Source of the DNA: Desulfomicrobium sp.
Lineage (GTDB): Bacteria > Desulfobacterota > Desulfovibrionia > Desulfovibrionales > Desulfomicrobiaceae
NCBI GenBank assembly: GCA_040768745.1
Contig: JAXGMI010000002.1
Coordinates: 768,001 to 832,000 of the forward strand
Length of the DNA: 64,000 bases
Direction of reading: 5' to 3'
The notes beneath the pieces were generated by a model. The model was given only the letters and a program-made list of their open reading frames with translations, had not been told where the DNA came from and ran no database searches. Made by a program: the position numbers and the translations under genes. Positions 54,221-62,838 of the stretch are shown here, piece by piece; position 1 is the stretch's first letter, and the number at the start of each line of letters is the position of its first letter.

Positions 54221-54634
54221 TCATGACAGCCTTCCGACCCATTGCGCTGCCCAATTCGCCGCGTCCACGCTCAAGCCCTCGCAGAGATGCTGCGGCTGCC
54301 CTTCGGCAAAGCCCTGCGGCCGCAAATCCCGGCAAAGCAGACTGCCGAAACGCGTCTCAAATTCACGGGCATATGCCTTGCACAGGTTTTCGACCTCTTC
54401 TGGGGAGCGACCGCGTCCATGCCCCCATATCCCCAGAAACATGAGCCCGCCTTCCACCAGCCCGCACTGGGCCCGAAATCGGCCCGCGCCGTTCATGCCG
54501 GTTGCCGCCGCAAAGACCTGCTCATGGATCTCCCGGTCTGTAACCGCCCCGAGCACGCGGAGCATGGCCACCGCTCAATTGACGTCATCGCGCCAGTAGG
54601 CATCGCGGACTACGCTCCGCACCGCATCATTCAT
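54221..54634 (-). CDS. C_GCAxxG_C_C family redox protein, predicted selenoprotein (Sec at codon 20)
   Basis: GGGGGGTG RBS, MNDAVRSVVRDAYWRDDVN-TGA-AVAML...QCGLVEGG...LLCRDL...HLCE; UGA at the family's N-C-A position. Confidence 0.82.
54540..54571 (-). promoter_or_regulatory. bacterial SECIS-like hairpin
   Basis: GTGGCC-AT-GCTCCG-[CGTGCT]-CGGGGC-GGTTAC, starting 3 nt after the UGA (54577-54575); loop 17 nt from the UGA with GU near the loop start. Confidence 0.72.
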
Positions 54635-55067
54635 GGCTCACCCCCCGCAAAAGGTTAGCAGATCTGCTTTTGACGATTATACGATACCCTTCTGTTTTCA
54701 TTTGTGATCCGCTCTGAACACATCCCCTGAATCCCGGTCCGTTGCATGCCAGGCCTGGCGCCCTGCATTGGGAATACATCGGGTCCACGAAAGGGGCTTG
54801 CGCAATCATGAGCCTTCGACCGGATCAGGCGGCCGAGATGCCTGCTGCGGGGCATGACCCGGAAGGCATCTGTGGTCCTTTTTGCGAAGCGGTCTGATCC
54901 AATGGTTCTTGTGCGCGACCTCCCGCTTCGGAAGAAACCACGGGGACATCGGGCTGCAGGCGACAGCCTTCACTATGGACAGCTCGGATCTGAACTATTC
55001 GTCGGATATAAGGCACCACAGCCTCGACGGCAACGGTCCACAGCCGGCGAACACCACCCTCCCCGAC

Positions 55068-56048
55068 TCACCCCCCGGCAAAGACGCTCCGAACCAGGTT
55101 GGCGGTATACCCGACATAGCACGTCAGAAGAAACGCCCCTTCGTAGCGGTTGATCCTGCCGAGTCCCGGACCCCGGAAGCCGTAGCCGATGACGAACAGC
55201 GAAACGGTCAATGCCACCATGGTCAGTATGTCGCGGGAGATGATTTCCTGGCCGATTGGCATGGGGGAAATTCCCCCTGCAACCCCGACCACCGCCAGGG
55301 TGTTGAACAGGTTTGATCCCAAGACGTTGCCCAGGGCAATGTCGTGCTCGCCCTTGCGCGCGGCAATGATGGAGGAGGCCAATTCAGGGAGGGATGTCCC
55401 GACCGCCACAATGGTCAAACCTATGATGAAATCGCCGATCCCCAACCCCTGAGCGATTTCAACAGCCCCCCAGACCAGAATCCGGGAACTTGCGACGAGC
55501 AGCGCCAGGCCAAAGGCCAGCCAGCCGACCGCCTTGTGCAGTGGCATTGAGCTGGCCGCCATTTCCTGGTCGATTTCAGCACCCAAGGCGTCGGTTTTCG
55601 TGCGCATGCCCTGCCAGATTGTCCAGGCCATGAGCACCCCGAACACGCCCAACAGCACCACGGCATCCCCGCGCGAAACTGTCCCGTCCAGGAGCTGCCA
55701 GCCGGCCAAGGCGGTGATGGCAGTGAGGATCGGCAACTCCATGCGCAATACGCGGGAATGCACCGCGATGGGACTGATCACCGCGGTCAGGCCCAGAATA
55801 AGCGCGATGTTTGTGATGTTGGAGCCGTAAGCGTTTCCAAGGGCGATCCCGGGGTTGTTCTGCAGGGCGGCGAGCACCGAGACCACCAACTCCGGGGCGG
55901 ACGTCCCGAAACCGACGATGATCATGCCGATGAGCAGCGGGGGCATCTTGAAATGATGCGCCGTGGAGGAAGCCCCATCGATGAAACGCTCCGCGCTCCA
56001 GACAAGCAGGACAAGGCCCGCAATGATCGCTCCCAGTGGCAGAAGCAT
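55068..56048 (-). CDS. CaCA-family cation antiporter (YrbG-like Ca2+/Na+)
   Basis: Alpha repeats GTSAPE...GSN and GTSLPE...GSN. Confidence 0.92.
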   Translation of the reverse strand: MLLPLGAIIAGLVLLVWSAERFIDGASSTAHHFKMPPLLIGMIIVGFGTSAPELVVSVLAALQNNPGIALGNAYGSNITNIALILGLTAVISPIAVHSRVLRMELPILTAITALAGWQLLDGTVSRGDAVVLLGVFGVLMAWTIWQGMRTKTDALGAEIDQEMAASSMPLHKAVGWLAFGLALLVASSRILVWGAVEIAQGLGIGDFIIGLTIVAVGTSLPELASSIIAARKGEHDIALGNVLGSNLFNTLAVVGVAGGISPMPIGQEIISRDILTMVALTVSLFVIGYGFRGPGLGRINRYEGAFLLTCYVGYTANLVRSVFAGG

Positions 56049-56169
56049 GATGTTTCTCCGTCTTGATCAAAAAACGAAATGAAGCCTGCTGACAAAAATA
56101 CAATGCCGGTACTCCGTGCAGAGCGATGGCCGGGCCGACCACTCTGCACGGAATCCATGGAGGCTTGCC

Positions 56170-57069
56170 TCAGCGTTGGAGCTGCTGAATTCCCTCGAGG
56201 GTCCATTGCGGGGCATTTTGGTCCCGACGGACATGCCAGACTTCCCGGATCTGCTCTGCAGGAGCGTCTTGCGCCCCTTCCCTGAGCATTGCGTCGAACA
56301 GGACGCTGATCACGGTCTCGGAACCGACAGTCCTCGCTTCAAGCACACGCGCTTCAAGCATCAGTATCTCGGTCCGGCCAGGGGATGGGTCGAGTTCGGC
56401 CTGGCGCGAGATCTCGCGGTACACTTCCTGCGTTGTGAACTGTCCGATATCATGCAGATCACGGCGGTCCCACGAACTCTGCAAACGAATGTAGAGGGCC
56501 TTGGCCCCAGCCAGGAACTCCTGCTCGTCAACGCCGTCGGGCAGGTCCGGGCCGTGCTTGGCACCGGGCTGCCGGAAGACCTGGTTTCCCCAACCCCCGC
56601 CCTGCACCGGGTCATAGGTCGCCCCGCTGCCCGCATTGGCATATGGCGCGGCCGTTGCCGTGGCAGTCCTGCGCGAGCGGATGAATTTGAGCAGGAGAAA
56701 CCCGCCGAAGCCAAGCAGGAGAAGATCGAGCATGCCCGGGCCAGAGAAGCCGCCCCCAAAAAGCATGGATCCGAGCAGGCCGCCCATGAGCAGACCCCCA
56801 AACATGCCACCGAGCCCGCCGAACCTGGACCCAGGACTTGGCGCGGCCTGCTGCATGCCCGGAGCGCTTTTCGGTTGCGCGGCAGGCTTGGTATAGCCAC
56901 TGCCGTAGGAAGGCTTGCTCCCGAAGGACCCTCCTCCACCGATGCGCTTGGCATCTGCCACGTCCGGCCAGGCGAAAAGAAGGGTCAGGGCGATGAGCGG
57001 AAAAAAGAGATAGGCCAGTCCAGGTTTCAGGGCAGCAGCGTGGGACTGGAAAACGGGAACGGACTTCAT
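56170..57069 (-). CDS. Tim44-like domain protein with signal/TM segments and Gly-rich region
   Basis: AKRIGGGGSFG, GGLLMGGLLGSMLFG, FLAGAKALYIRLQSSWD, REVWHV...WTLEGIQQ; GGAGGT RBS before MKSV. Confidence 0.87.
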   Translation of the reverse strand: MKSVPVFQSHAAALKPGLAYLFFPLIALTLLFAWPDVADAKRIGGGGSFGSKPSYGSGYTKPAAQPKSAPGMQQAAPSPGSRFGGLGGMFGGLLMGGLLGSMLFGGGFSGPGMLDLLLLGFGGFLLLKFIRSRRTATATAAPYANAGSGATYDPVQGGGWGNQVFRQPGAKHGPDLPDGVDEQEFLAGAKALYIRLQSSWDRRDLHDIGQFTTQEVYREISRQAELDPSPGRTEILMLEARVLEARTVGSETVISVLFDAMLREGAQDAPAEQIREVWHVRRDQNAPQWTLEGIQQLQR

Positions 57070-57097
57070 GGTACCTCCAAGGTTGGCTGGAGGTCTG

Positions 57098-57137
57098 AAA
57101 AAAAGAAACCTCCAGCATGGGTTGTCATGCTGAAGGT
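57098..57137 (-). terminator. intrinsic terminator of the riboswitch expression platform
   Basis: ACCTTCAGCATG-loop-CATGCTGGAGGT then TTCTTTTTTT; 5' arm overlaps aptamer P1. Confidence 0.8.
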
Positions 57138-57221
57138 CTGGCTCATCGGCGGGGCCGACGGCAAGGCCAAGCGTCTGCACGCCAGTATTGTTGACCTTGC
57201 ACTTGGGAGCTACTCCCCTTC
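57132..57221 (-). ncRNA. yybP-ykoY (Mn2+) riboswitch
   Basis: GAAGG-GGAGTA-GCTC...GCAAGGTC-AACAATAC...GGCCTTGC...GAGC-CAGA-CCTTC; pairs GAAGG/CCTTC, GCTC/GAGC, GCAAGGTC/GGCCTTGC. Confidence 0.88.
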
Positions 57222-57228
57222 TGGAAAC

Positions 57229-57258
57229 CGTCTATCCTCGGAAAGGCTCTTCCGTCAA
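57229..57258 (-). promoter_or_regulatory. putative sigma70 promoter for the riboswitch leader
   Basis: TTGACG-N18-TAGACG, placing +1 near the aptamer 5' end. Confidence 0.45.
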
Positions 57259-57411
57259 GTTCGGATTGACGCGGGTACGACAGGGGGCGCAGCAGGACGG
57301 GCGGATCGTTATTTTAGGGAGCCGGTAAAGAGACTTTTCAAACCCGCGAAAAGCTGCGAGGTTGAGCATCCGGACGCCTTCGGCGAATTGATGCACAGGA
57401 GGAGCGAGGGA

Positions 57412-57774
57412 GTGATTTCATTCTCGTGCAGGGTTTTCTATCTGATTCTGCTGTATCTGATTTTTCCCCTGAAGCTGTACGCCCAGGATTGGCACCTGGC
57501 CGGAACGCGGGGCATAATGAATTTTGTCGTTGTGTCCAAGGAGAGGGAAGCGGACAAGGATGTCTATCTTGAAGCGATTCAAAGCATCTGCAAGGTCGGC
57601 GAAAACTGCAAGATCATATTCTGGGCAAGCGCAGACCATGTTCCCACGTCATGGCCCATGACAGATGCGCAGAGGGAATCACGGGTTGTTGATTATTTCA
57701 AGGAAGGCAATTCTGAGGAGGAAAAATTTCTTTGGAATTGCCGGATAGTCAACGACCCGTCGCAATGTTTTTAG
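57412..57774 (+). CDS. small exported hypothetical protein
   Basis: AGGAGG RBS, GTG start, signal peptide ending LYA-QD, 4 Cys in mature part. Confidence 0.65.
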   Translation: MISFSCRVFYLILLYLIFPLKLYAQDWHLAGTRGIMNFVVVSKEREADKDVYLEAIQSICKVGENCKIIFWASADHVPTSWPMTDAQRESRVVDYFKEGNSEEEKFLWNCRIVNDPSQCF

Positions 57775-57786
57775 CAGAGGGAAAAA

Positions 57787-57809
57787 ACCCGTCGCCCCTG
57801 GCGACGGGT
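57787..57809. repeat. 23-bp hairpin direct repeat, left target copy
   Basis: ACCCGTCGCC-CCT-GGCGACGGGT, identical at 59426-59448, preceded by AAAAA. Confidence 0.9.
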
Positions 57810-59425
57810 CAGACTGCTGACAAAGTCACCTCAAAACCCTCGTCAAATGACGGGGGTTTTGTTATGAAAGCTTACATGTTACGCAGCACAGGACCCAAAC
57901 AACTGAAGTACGAATTCGTCTGCATCGAGCGCTTGGTTCCCAAAGATCATCTTCTTCGTAAGATCACCAAGTTCATCGATTTCCGTTTCATCCACGACAA
58001 GGTCAAAGACCTGTACTGTCCGGACAACGGCCGGCCGGCTCTTGATCCGACAGTGCTCTTCAAGATGCTCTTTCTGGGGTATCTGTTCGGCATCCGCAGT
58101 GAGCGGCGGCTGATTGAGGAGATCAAGGTCAATGTCGCCTACCGCTGGTTTTTGGGCTTCAGCCTGGAAGACAAGATTCCCGACGCCTCGACCATCAGCC
58201 AGAACCGCCGCCGTCGCTTCAACCAGAGCACGGTCTACCAGGAGATTTTCGACGAGATCGTGGTTCAGGCCATCCGCCGCAAGATGATCGACGGTCGTAC
58301 CCTGTACACGGATTCGACCCACCTCAAGGCCAACGCCAACAAGAACAAGTTTGTCGAAGCCGAGGTTGCCAAGAGCACGCGGGATTACATCGATGATCTG
58401 GAGCGGGACGTTGCCCAGGACCGGGCCGACCACGGCAAGAAGGCGTTGAAAGAGAACGATCCGGAACCCGAAACCAAGACGGTCAAGCAGAGCACGACGG
58501 ACCCGGAGTCTGGCTACATGCACCGGGACGGCAAGCCCAAGGGGTTCTTCTTTCTGGATCACCGCTCGGTGGACGGTCTTCATGGCCTGATCACGGATAC
58601 GTACGTGACGCCAGGCAATGTGCATGACTCGATACCGTATCTTGATCGTCTTGATCGACAGCGCGAACGATTTGGTTTTGAAGTGGAGGCGGTTGGACTG
58701 GATGCTGGCTACGCGACGACAGGAATCTGCAAAGGGCTTGAGGAGAGAGGGATTTTTGGAGTGGTTGGCTACCGTCGTTTTGGAAAAAACACGGGCCGCT
58801 TCAGACGCAAGGATTTTTTCTACGACGACTCAGTGGATTGCTACGTCTGCCCTGCAAACTGCCTTTTGAGTTACCGAACCACCAACCGGGCGGGTTACCG
58901 GGAATACGCCTCGGATCCCAAGATTTGCAAAGCATGTCAGCTTCTTGAGAGATGCACGACCAGCAAGATATGCCGACGGGTCATAGCGCGCCACGTATGG
59001 GAAGATAGTCGGGAACGCATCGACTCCAACCGGCTGACGGAGCGTGGCAAGGCCATCTATGCCCGACGCAAGGAAACGGTTGAACGCAGCTTTGCCGACT
59101 GCAAGGAACTGCATGGGCATCGTTACGCCCGGATGCGTGGTCTCTCGAAGGTCTTGGAGCAGTGCCTGCTGTGTGCGGCCGCGTTCAACATGAAGAAAAT
59201 CGCGCTGCACTTGTCCAGGTTGGGACTCCGCAGGCCAGCAAGCCCGGCGGGCGCCATGGCCGGGATGATTCTGTCCTTTATTTACGGGATATTCCAACAA
59301 CAGAAGCGCCAATACGCCCCAATTTGATCCCAGAAGGGCCTCCTGAACGATTTCAGGAAAAATACACATCGTCAGAAAAAACAAACCCTCGCCGGACAGT
59401 GTGACGAGGGTTTGTCAGTGGTCTG
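57810..59425 (+). mobile_element. IS1182-family insertion sequence
   Basis: Imperfect IRs CAGACTGCTGACAAA / TTTGTCAGTGGTCTG; flanking 23-bp direct repeat. Confidence 0.9.
57864..59327 (+). CDS. IS1182-family transposase (start 57864 or 57876)
   Basis: LVPKDHLLR, GRPALDP, SERRL, DSTHLKANA, STTDPESG, DAGY, RKETVERSFAD, NMKK. Confidence 0.92.
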   Translation: MKAYMLRSTGPKQLKYEFVCIERLVPKDHLLRKITKFIDFRFIHDKVKDLYCPDNGRPALDPTVLFKMLFLGYLFGIRSERRLIEEIKVNVAYRWFLGFSLEDKIPDASTISQNRRRRFNQSTVYQEIFDEIVVQAIRRKMIDGRTLYTDSTHLKANANKNKFVEAEVAKSTRDYIDDLERDVAQDRADHGKKALKENDPEPETKTVKQSTTDPESGYMHRDGKPKGFFFLDHRSVDGLHGLITDTYVTPGNVHDSIPYLDRLDRQRERFGFEVEAVGLDAGYATTGICKGLEERGIFGVVGYRRFGKNTGRFRRKDFFYDDSVDCYVCPANCLLSYRTTNRAGYREYASDPKICKACQLLERCTTSKICRRVIARHVWEDSRERIDSNRLTERGKAIYARRKETVERSFADCKELHGHRYARMRGLSKVLEQCLLCAAAFNMKKIALHLSRLGLRRPASPAGAMAGMILSFIYGIFQQQKRQYAPI

Positions 59426-59448
59426 ACCCGTCGCCCCTGGCGACGGGT
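59426..59448. repeat. 23-bp hairpin direct repeat, right target copy
   Basis: Identical to 57787-57809. Confidence 0.9.
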
Positions 59449-59488
59449 CACAGGTCAATCAGGCAAATCTCATCCCGTGGAGGCATCC

Positions 59489-59686
59489 ATGTTTGGCATT
59501 GGCGTGCAGGAACTGCTCATCATCCTCGTCATCGTCCTGCTGGTATACGGAGGCAGGAGACTCCCGGAACTCGGGTCCGGTATCGGCCGGGCCATCACAA
59601 ACTTCAAGAAGGGCATGCGCGAACCGGATGAGATAGACGTCACCCCGTCCCCTCCATCCAAAAACGACCCAGACAAGCGGCCTTGA
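59489..59686 (+). CDS. tatA: second TatA/E paralogue
   Basis: [29 protein letters not shown]...FKK; GGAGG RBS. Confidence 0.88.
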   Translation: MFGIGVQELLIILVIVLLVYGGRRLPELGSGIGRAITNFKKGMREPDEIDVTPSPPSKNDPDKRP

Positions 59687-59798
59687 TCCGTCGCCCTTCC
59701 CCCGTTTCCGGATCCCGGCGTCTCCTGACTATGCCCGGCCGCCAGCCAGCAGGGGAACGACGCCGGCCCCCACAACACCTCGCATGCACGGAGACCGT

Positions 59799-61139
59799 AT
59801 GGATATCGCCATATTGATCTTCCTCATCGTCCTCAACGGAGTGTTCGCCATGTCCGAGATCGCGCTCGTCACGGCACGCAGAAGCCGCCTCCAAAGGCTG
59901 GCCGAGGACGGGGACAAGTCCGCAGTTGTCGCCATCCGTCTGGGTGAAGACCCCACTCAATTCCTTTCCACCATTCAAATCGGCATCACCGCCATCGGCA
60001 TCCTGAACGGCATCATGGGCGAAGCGGTGCTTGCCAACCCCTTGGCCACCATGTTTCTGTCCATGGGAATCGATCAGAAGACGAGTTCCGTAACCGCAAC
60101 GACGATTGTCGTCGTACTGATCACCTATTTTTCCATCGTGGTCGGCGAGTTGGTGCCCAAACGCATCGCGCAGTTCAACGCCGAGGGCATCGCCAGGCTG
60201 ATGGCCACCCCGATCTCCCTGCTGGCGAATCTGTCCCGGCCGTTTGTCTTCCTGCTTTCCATATCCACAGACGGGATTCTGCGGCTGATGGGCAGGAAGG
60301 AATTGAGCGGCGCCAGCCTGACCGAAGAGGACATCCACTCCATGCTGGCCGAAGGGTCACAGGCGGGCCTCATCGAAAAACAGGAACACGAGATCGTCCG
60401 CAACGTGTTCCGGCTGGACGACCGGCAGATAGCCTCGCTGATGACGCCCCGCAGCGAAATCGTCTTCCTGGACGTGGACCGACCCGTGGAGGACCAGCTG
60501 GAGCATCTCATGGATTCCGAACACTCCCGCTACCCGGTGTGCCGGGGAGGACTGCACAATACCATTGGAATCATCACCGCCAAAAAACTGCTCAAACAGC
60601 GCCTGAAAGGTGAATCCACTGAAATCCGGGCCTATCTCCAGCCCGCCGTCTTCGTGCCCGAGACGCTGACAGGGATGAAGCTCCTGGAACGCTTCCGGGA
60701 ATCGGGCGTGCAGATGGTTTTTGTCGTGGACGAATATGGGGAGATACTGGGGATCGTCACCCTGCAGGATGTCCTGGAGGCCCTGGCTGGCGAATTCAGG
60801 CCCCGCGATCCGGAGGATGTCTGGGGGGTCCAGCGCGAAGACGGCTCATGGATTCTCGACGGCCTGATCCCCATCCCCGAACTCAAGGACAGGCTGAACC
60901 TGAAGGGCGTCCCCGAGGAACAGAAGGGGAGGTACAACACGTTGAGTGGCATGATGATGTGGCTGGTCGGCAGCATCCCCCGCACGTGCGATGTGGCCGT
61001 CTGGGAAGGTTGGAGGCTCGAGGTGATTGATCTCGACGGCAACCGGGTCGACAAGGTTCTGGCCAGCCGCCTGCCGGAGACGAAGGGGCAGCCCGGGAGT
61101 CCGGAAACCCCTTCCGCCAGCCCAGAGGCCGCCTGCTGA
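59799..61139 (+). CDS. HlyC/CorC (CNNM) transporter: DUF21-CBS-CorC
   Basis: NGVFAMSEIAL, GELVPK, MTPR, HSRYPV, VVDEYG, YNTLSG. Confidence 0.92.
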   Translation: MDIAILIFLIVLNGVFAMSEIALVTARRSRLQRLAEDGDKSAVVAIRLGEDPTQFLSTIQIGITAIGILNGIMGEAVLANPLATMFLSMGIDQKTSSVTATTIVVVLITYFSIVVGELVPKRIAQFNAEGIARLMATPISLLANLSRPFVFLLSISTDGILRLMGRKELSGASLTEEDIHSMLAEGSQAGLIEKQEHEIVRNVFRLDDRQIASLMTPRSEIVFLDVDRPVEDQLEHLMDSEHSRYPVCRGGLHNTIGIITAKKLLKQRLKGESTEIRAYLQPAVFVPETLTGMKLLERFRESGVQMVFVVDEYGEILGIVTLQDVLEALAGEFRPRDPEDVWGVQREDGSWILDGLIPIPELKDRLNLKGVPEEQKGRYNTLSGMMMWLVGSIPRTCDVAVWEGWRLEVIDLDGNRVDKVLASRLPETKGQPGSPETPSASPEAAC

Positions 61140-61263
61140 TGCGAATCTCGGGCTCTGTGCTGGGACGGCTGCAAACGGTTGCGGCCGACGCACCGGATTT
61201 GTCCCGTCCCGCATCGAACACGGAAGGCTTTTGCCCTCGCAAGGGCAAAGGGCGTTTCGCCCG

Positions 61264-62838
61264 TCAGAACGGAAAATCCGCAGTCGCATCGATTTTTGTT
61301 TCTGCCGTGGCCGGTTTCGGCTTCCTGGCCCGCTTGTGCACCGGGTTCCCATCAACGCAGATCGCCTTGAACGGTTTCGTGGGGCAGGCGTGTTCGCAGG
61401 CCCCGCAACCGATGCAGTAGTCCGGGTCGACTGCGGGGATGACCAGCTTGCGGTTCAGAGGATTGGGGTACGGGACCATCTGCACGGCCTTGGTGGGACA
61501 GTGCTCGGAACAGGCGCCGCAATTCGTGCTGTCCGTGAAAACCACGCAATTCGCCTTGATGAACCTGGCCACGCCCAGCTGCGTGAGCTTCTTCTCCTCC
61601 TTTGCCAGAGGCAGGATGGCCCCGGTGGGGCACACTTCCGAGCAGAGCGTGCATTCGTAATTGCAGTGGGCCGCCCGGAAGTTCAGGCGAGGTTGGAGCA
61701 TGCCGGAGGGGCCGAACTCGAGCAGCGAGGGACTGAGCACCCGTGAGGGGCAGACGCTGACGCACAGGTGGCAGGCCGTACAGACCACGGTGAAACGGTC
61801 AATGCTGACGGACCCTGGCGGCGAGACAGGGCCCGTCACGGCCTCGGGCACGGTTGTCGGCTTGCTCTGCAGGACCGTTGCATTCGTTTCGGCCAGCCCC
61901 GCCAACCCCAGCAGGGACACGCCCGAATGCACGAGAAAGGCCCTCCTCCCGCGATCCAGCTGCTCGGCGGCCACACGCCGCCACCCGTTCTCGAAGCGCA
62001 CCGCCCCTTCCGGACAGGCCGCCAGGCAGTTGCAGCATCCGACACAACGGCTGGAGTCCACCGCCATGTTCCGGAGGTCGATGCACCCGGCCTTGCAAAC
62101 GCGTTCACACCGCTTGCACTGCGTGCAGGCGTTCGGGTCAATGCCGACCCGCAGCCATGAAATGCGCGCCACGAGGCCCAGCAGCGTGCCCACCGGGCAG
62201 ACCGTGTTGCAGTACAGACGGCCCCGCGTGGCGGCGAGCCAACCTACAAACCCGAGGGTCGCCGCGGCGACCCCGACGGCCACCGGCGTCAGGACCGCCC
62301 ATTGTTTGCGGGACAGCTCGTAGACGCCGAACTGCTCCAGCATCGCTGCCGCGATGTTGTTGATTACGACAACTGCCGGGCGGACAAGATCGACCAGGAT
62401 GCGACCGCACGCGCTGAAGGGGTCGAGCAGGTTCAGCAGCAGACCGCTGCCGGCCATCAGCAGGAGGATCGCAGCCGTGGCAATGCAGTACCTGAGCCAC
62501 CTGTCCGGCCTGGCAAAGCGGAACCCGGGCCTTTTGCGCCTCCGGCGGGCCGCGAAGGCAATCACGTCCTGGAGTGTCCCGAGGGGGCAGACGGTGGAGC
62601 AGTAGATGCGCCCAAAAAGGGCGGCGGACATGACCACGACAAGACAGCCCGCCGCTCCAAAGGCCGCACCGTGCAGGAACTGCAGCAGCGAGGGGATGAA
62701 CTGCGGGTACAGCAGGCCCCTGGTGAACGATGTCGGGATCATGTTCCCGAAATCGAGAAAGACCAGGGCGATCAGCCCGAAGAACACGACGGACACCCCG
62801 ATGCGCAGCCGTTTCAGATACCGGAGCATCAAACTCAC
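61264..62838 (-). CDS. membrane polyferredoxin (NapH-like fused to NapG/MauM-like)
   Basis: GRIYCSTVCPLG, CNTVCPVG, several CxxCxxCxxxCP motifs, internal RRAFL. Confidence 0.9.
   Translation of the reverse strand: MSLMLRYLKRLRIGVSVVFFGLIALVFLDFGNMIPTSFTRGLLYPQFIPSLLQFLHGAAFGAAGCLVVVMSAALFGRIYCSTVCPLGTLQDVIAFAARRRRKRPGFRFARPDRWLRYCIATAAILLLMAGSGLLLNLLDPFSACGRILVDLVRPAVVVINNIAAAMLEQFGVYELSRKQWAVLTPVAVGVAAATLGFVGWLAATRGRLYCNTVCPVGTLLGLVARISWLRVGIDPNACTQCKRCERVCKAGCIDLRNMAVDSSRCVGCCNCLAACPEGAVRFENGWRRVAAEQLDRGRRAFLVHSGVSLLGLAGLAETNATVLQSKPTTVPEAVTGPVSPPGSVSIDRFTVVCTACHLCVSVCPSRVLSPSLLEFGPSGMLQPRLNFRAAHCNYECTLCSEVCPTGAILPLAKEEKKLTQLGVARFIKANCVVFTDSTNCGACSEHCPTKAVQMVPYPNPLNRKLVIPAVDPDYCIGCGACEHACPTKPFKAICVDGNPVHKRARKPKPATAETKIDATADFPF

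Noticed and set aside
54635..55067. Short ORFs or ncRNA in the 430-bp gap
   Set aside because: No RBS-linked ORF with recognisable motifs and no convincing structure
56116..57774. 552-aa plus-strand ORF
   Set aside because: Antisense shadow of the Tim44 gene and riboswitch; only the last 120 codons look like a real gene
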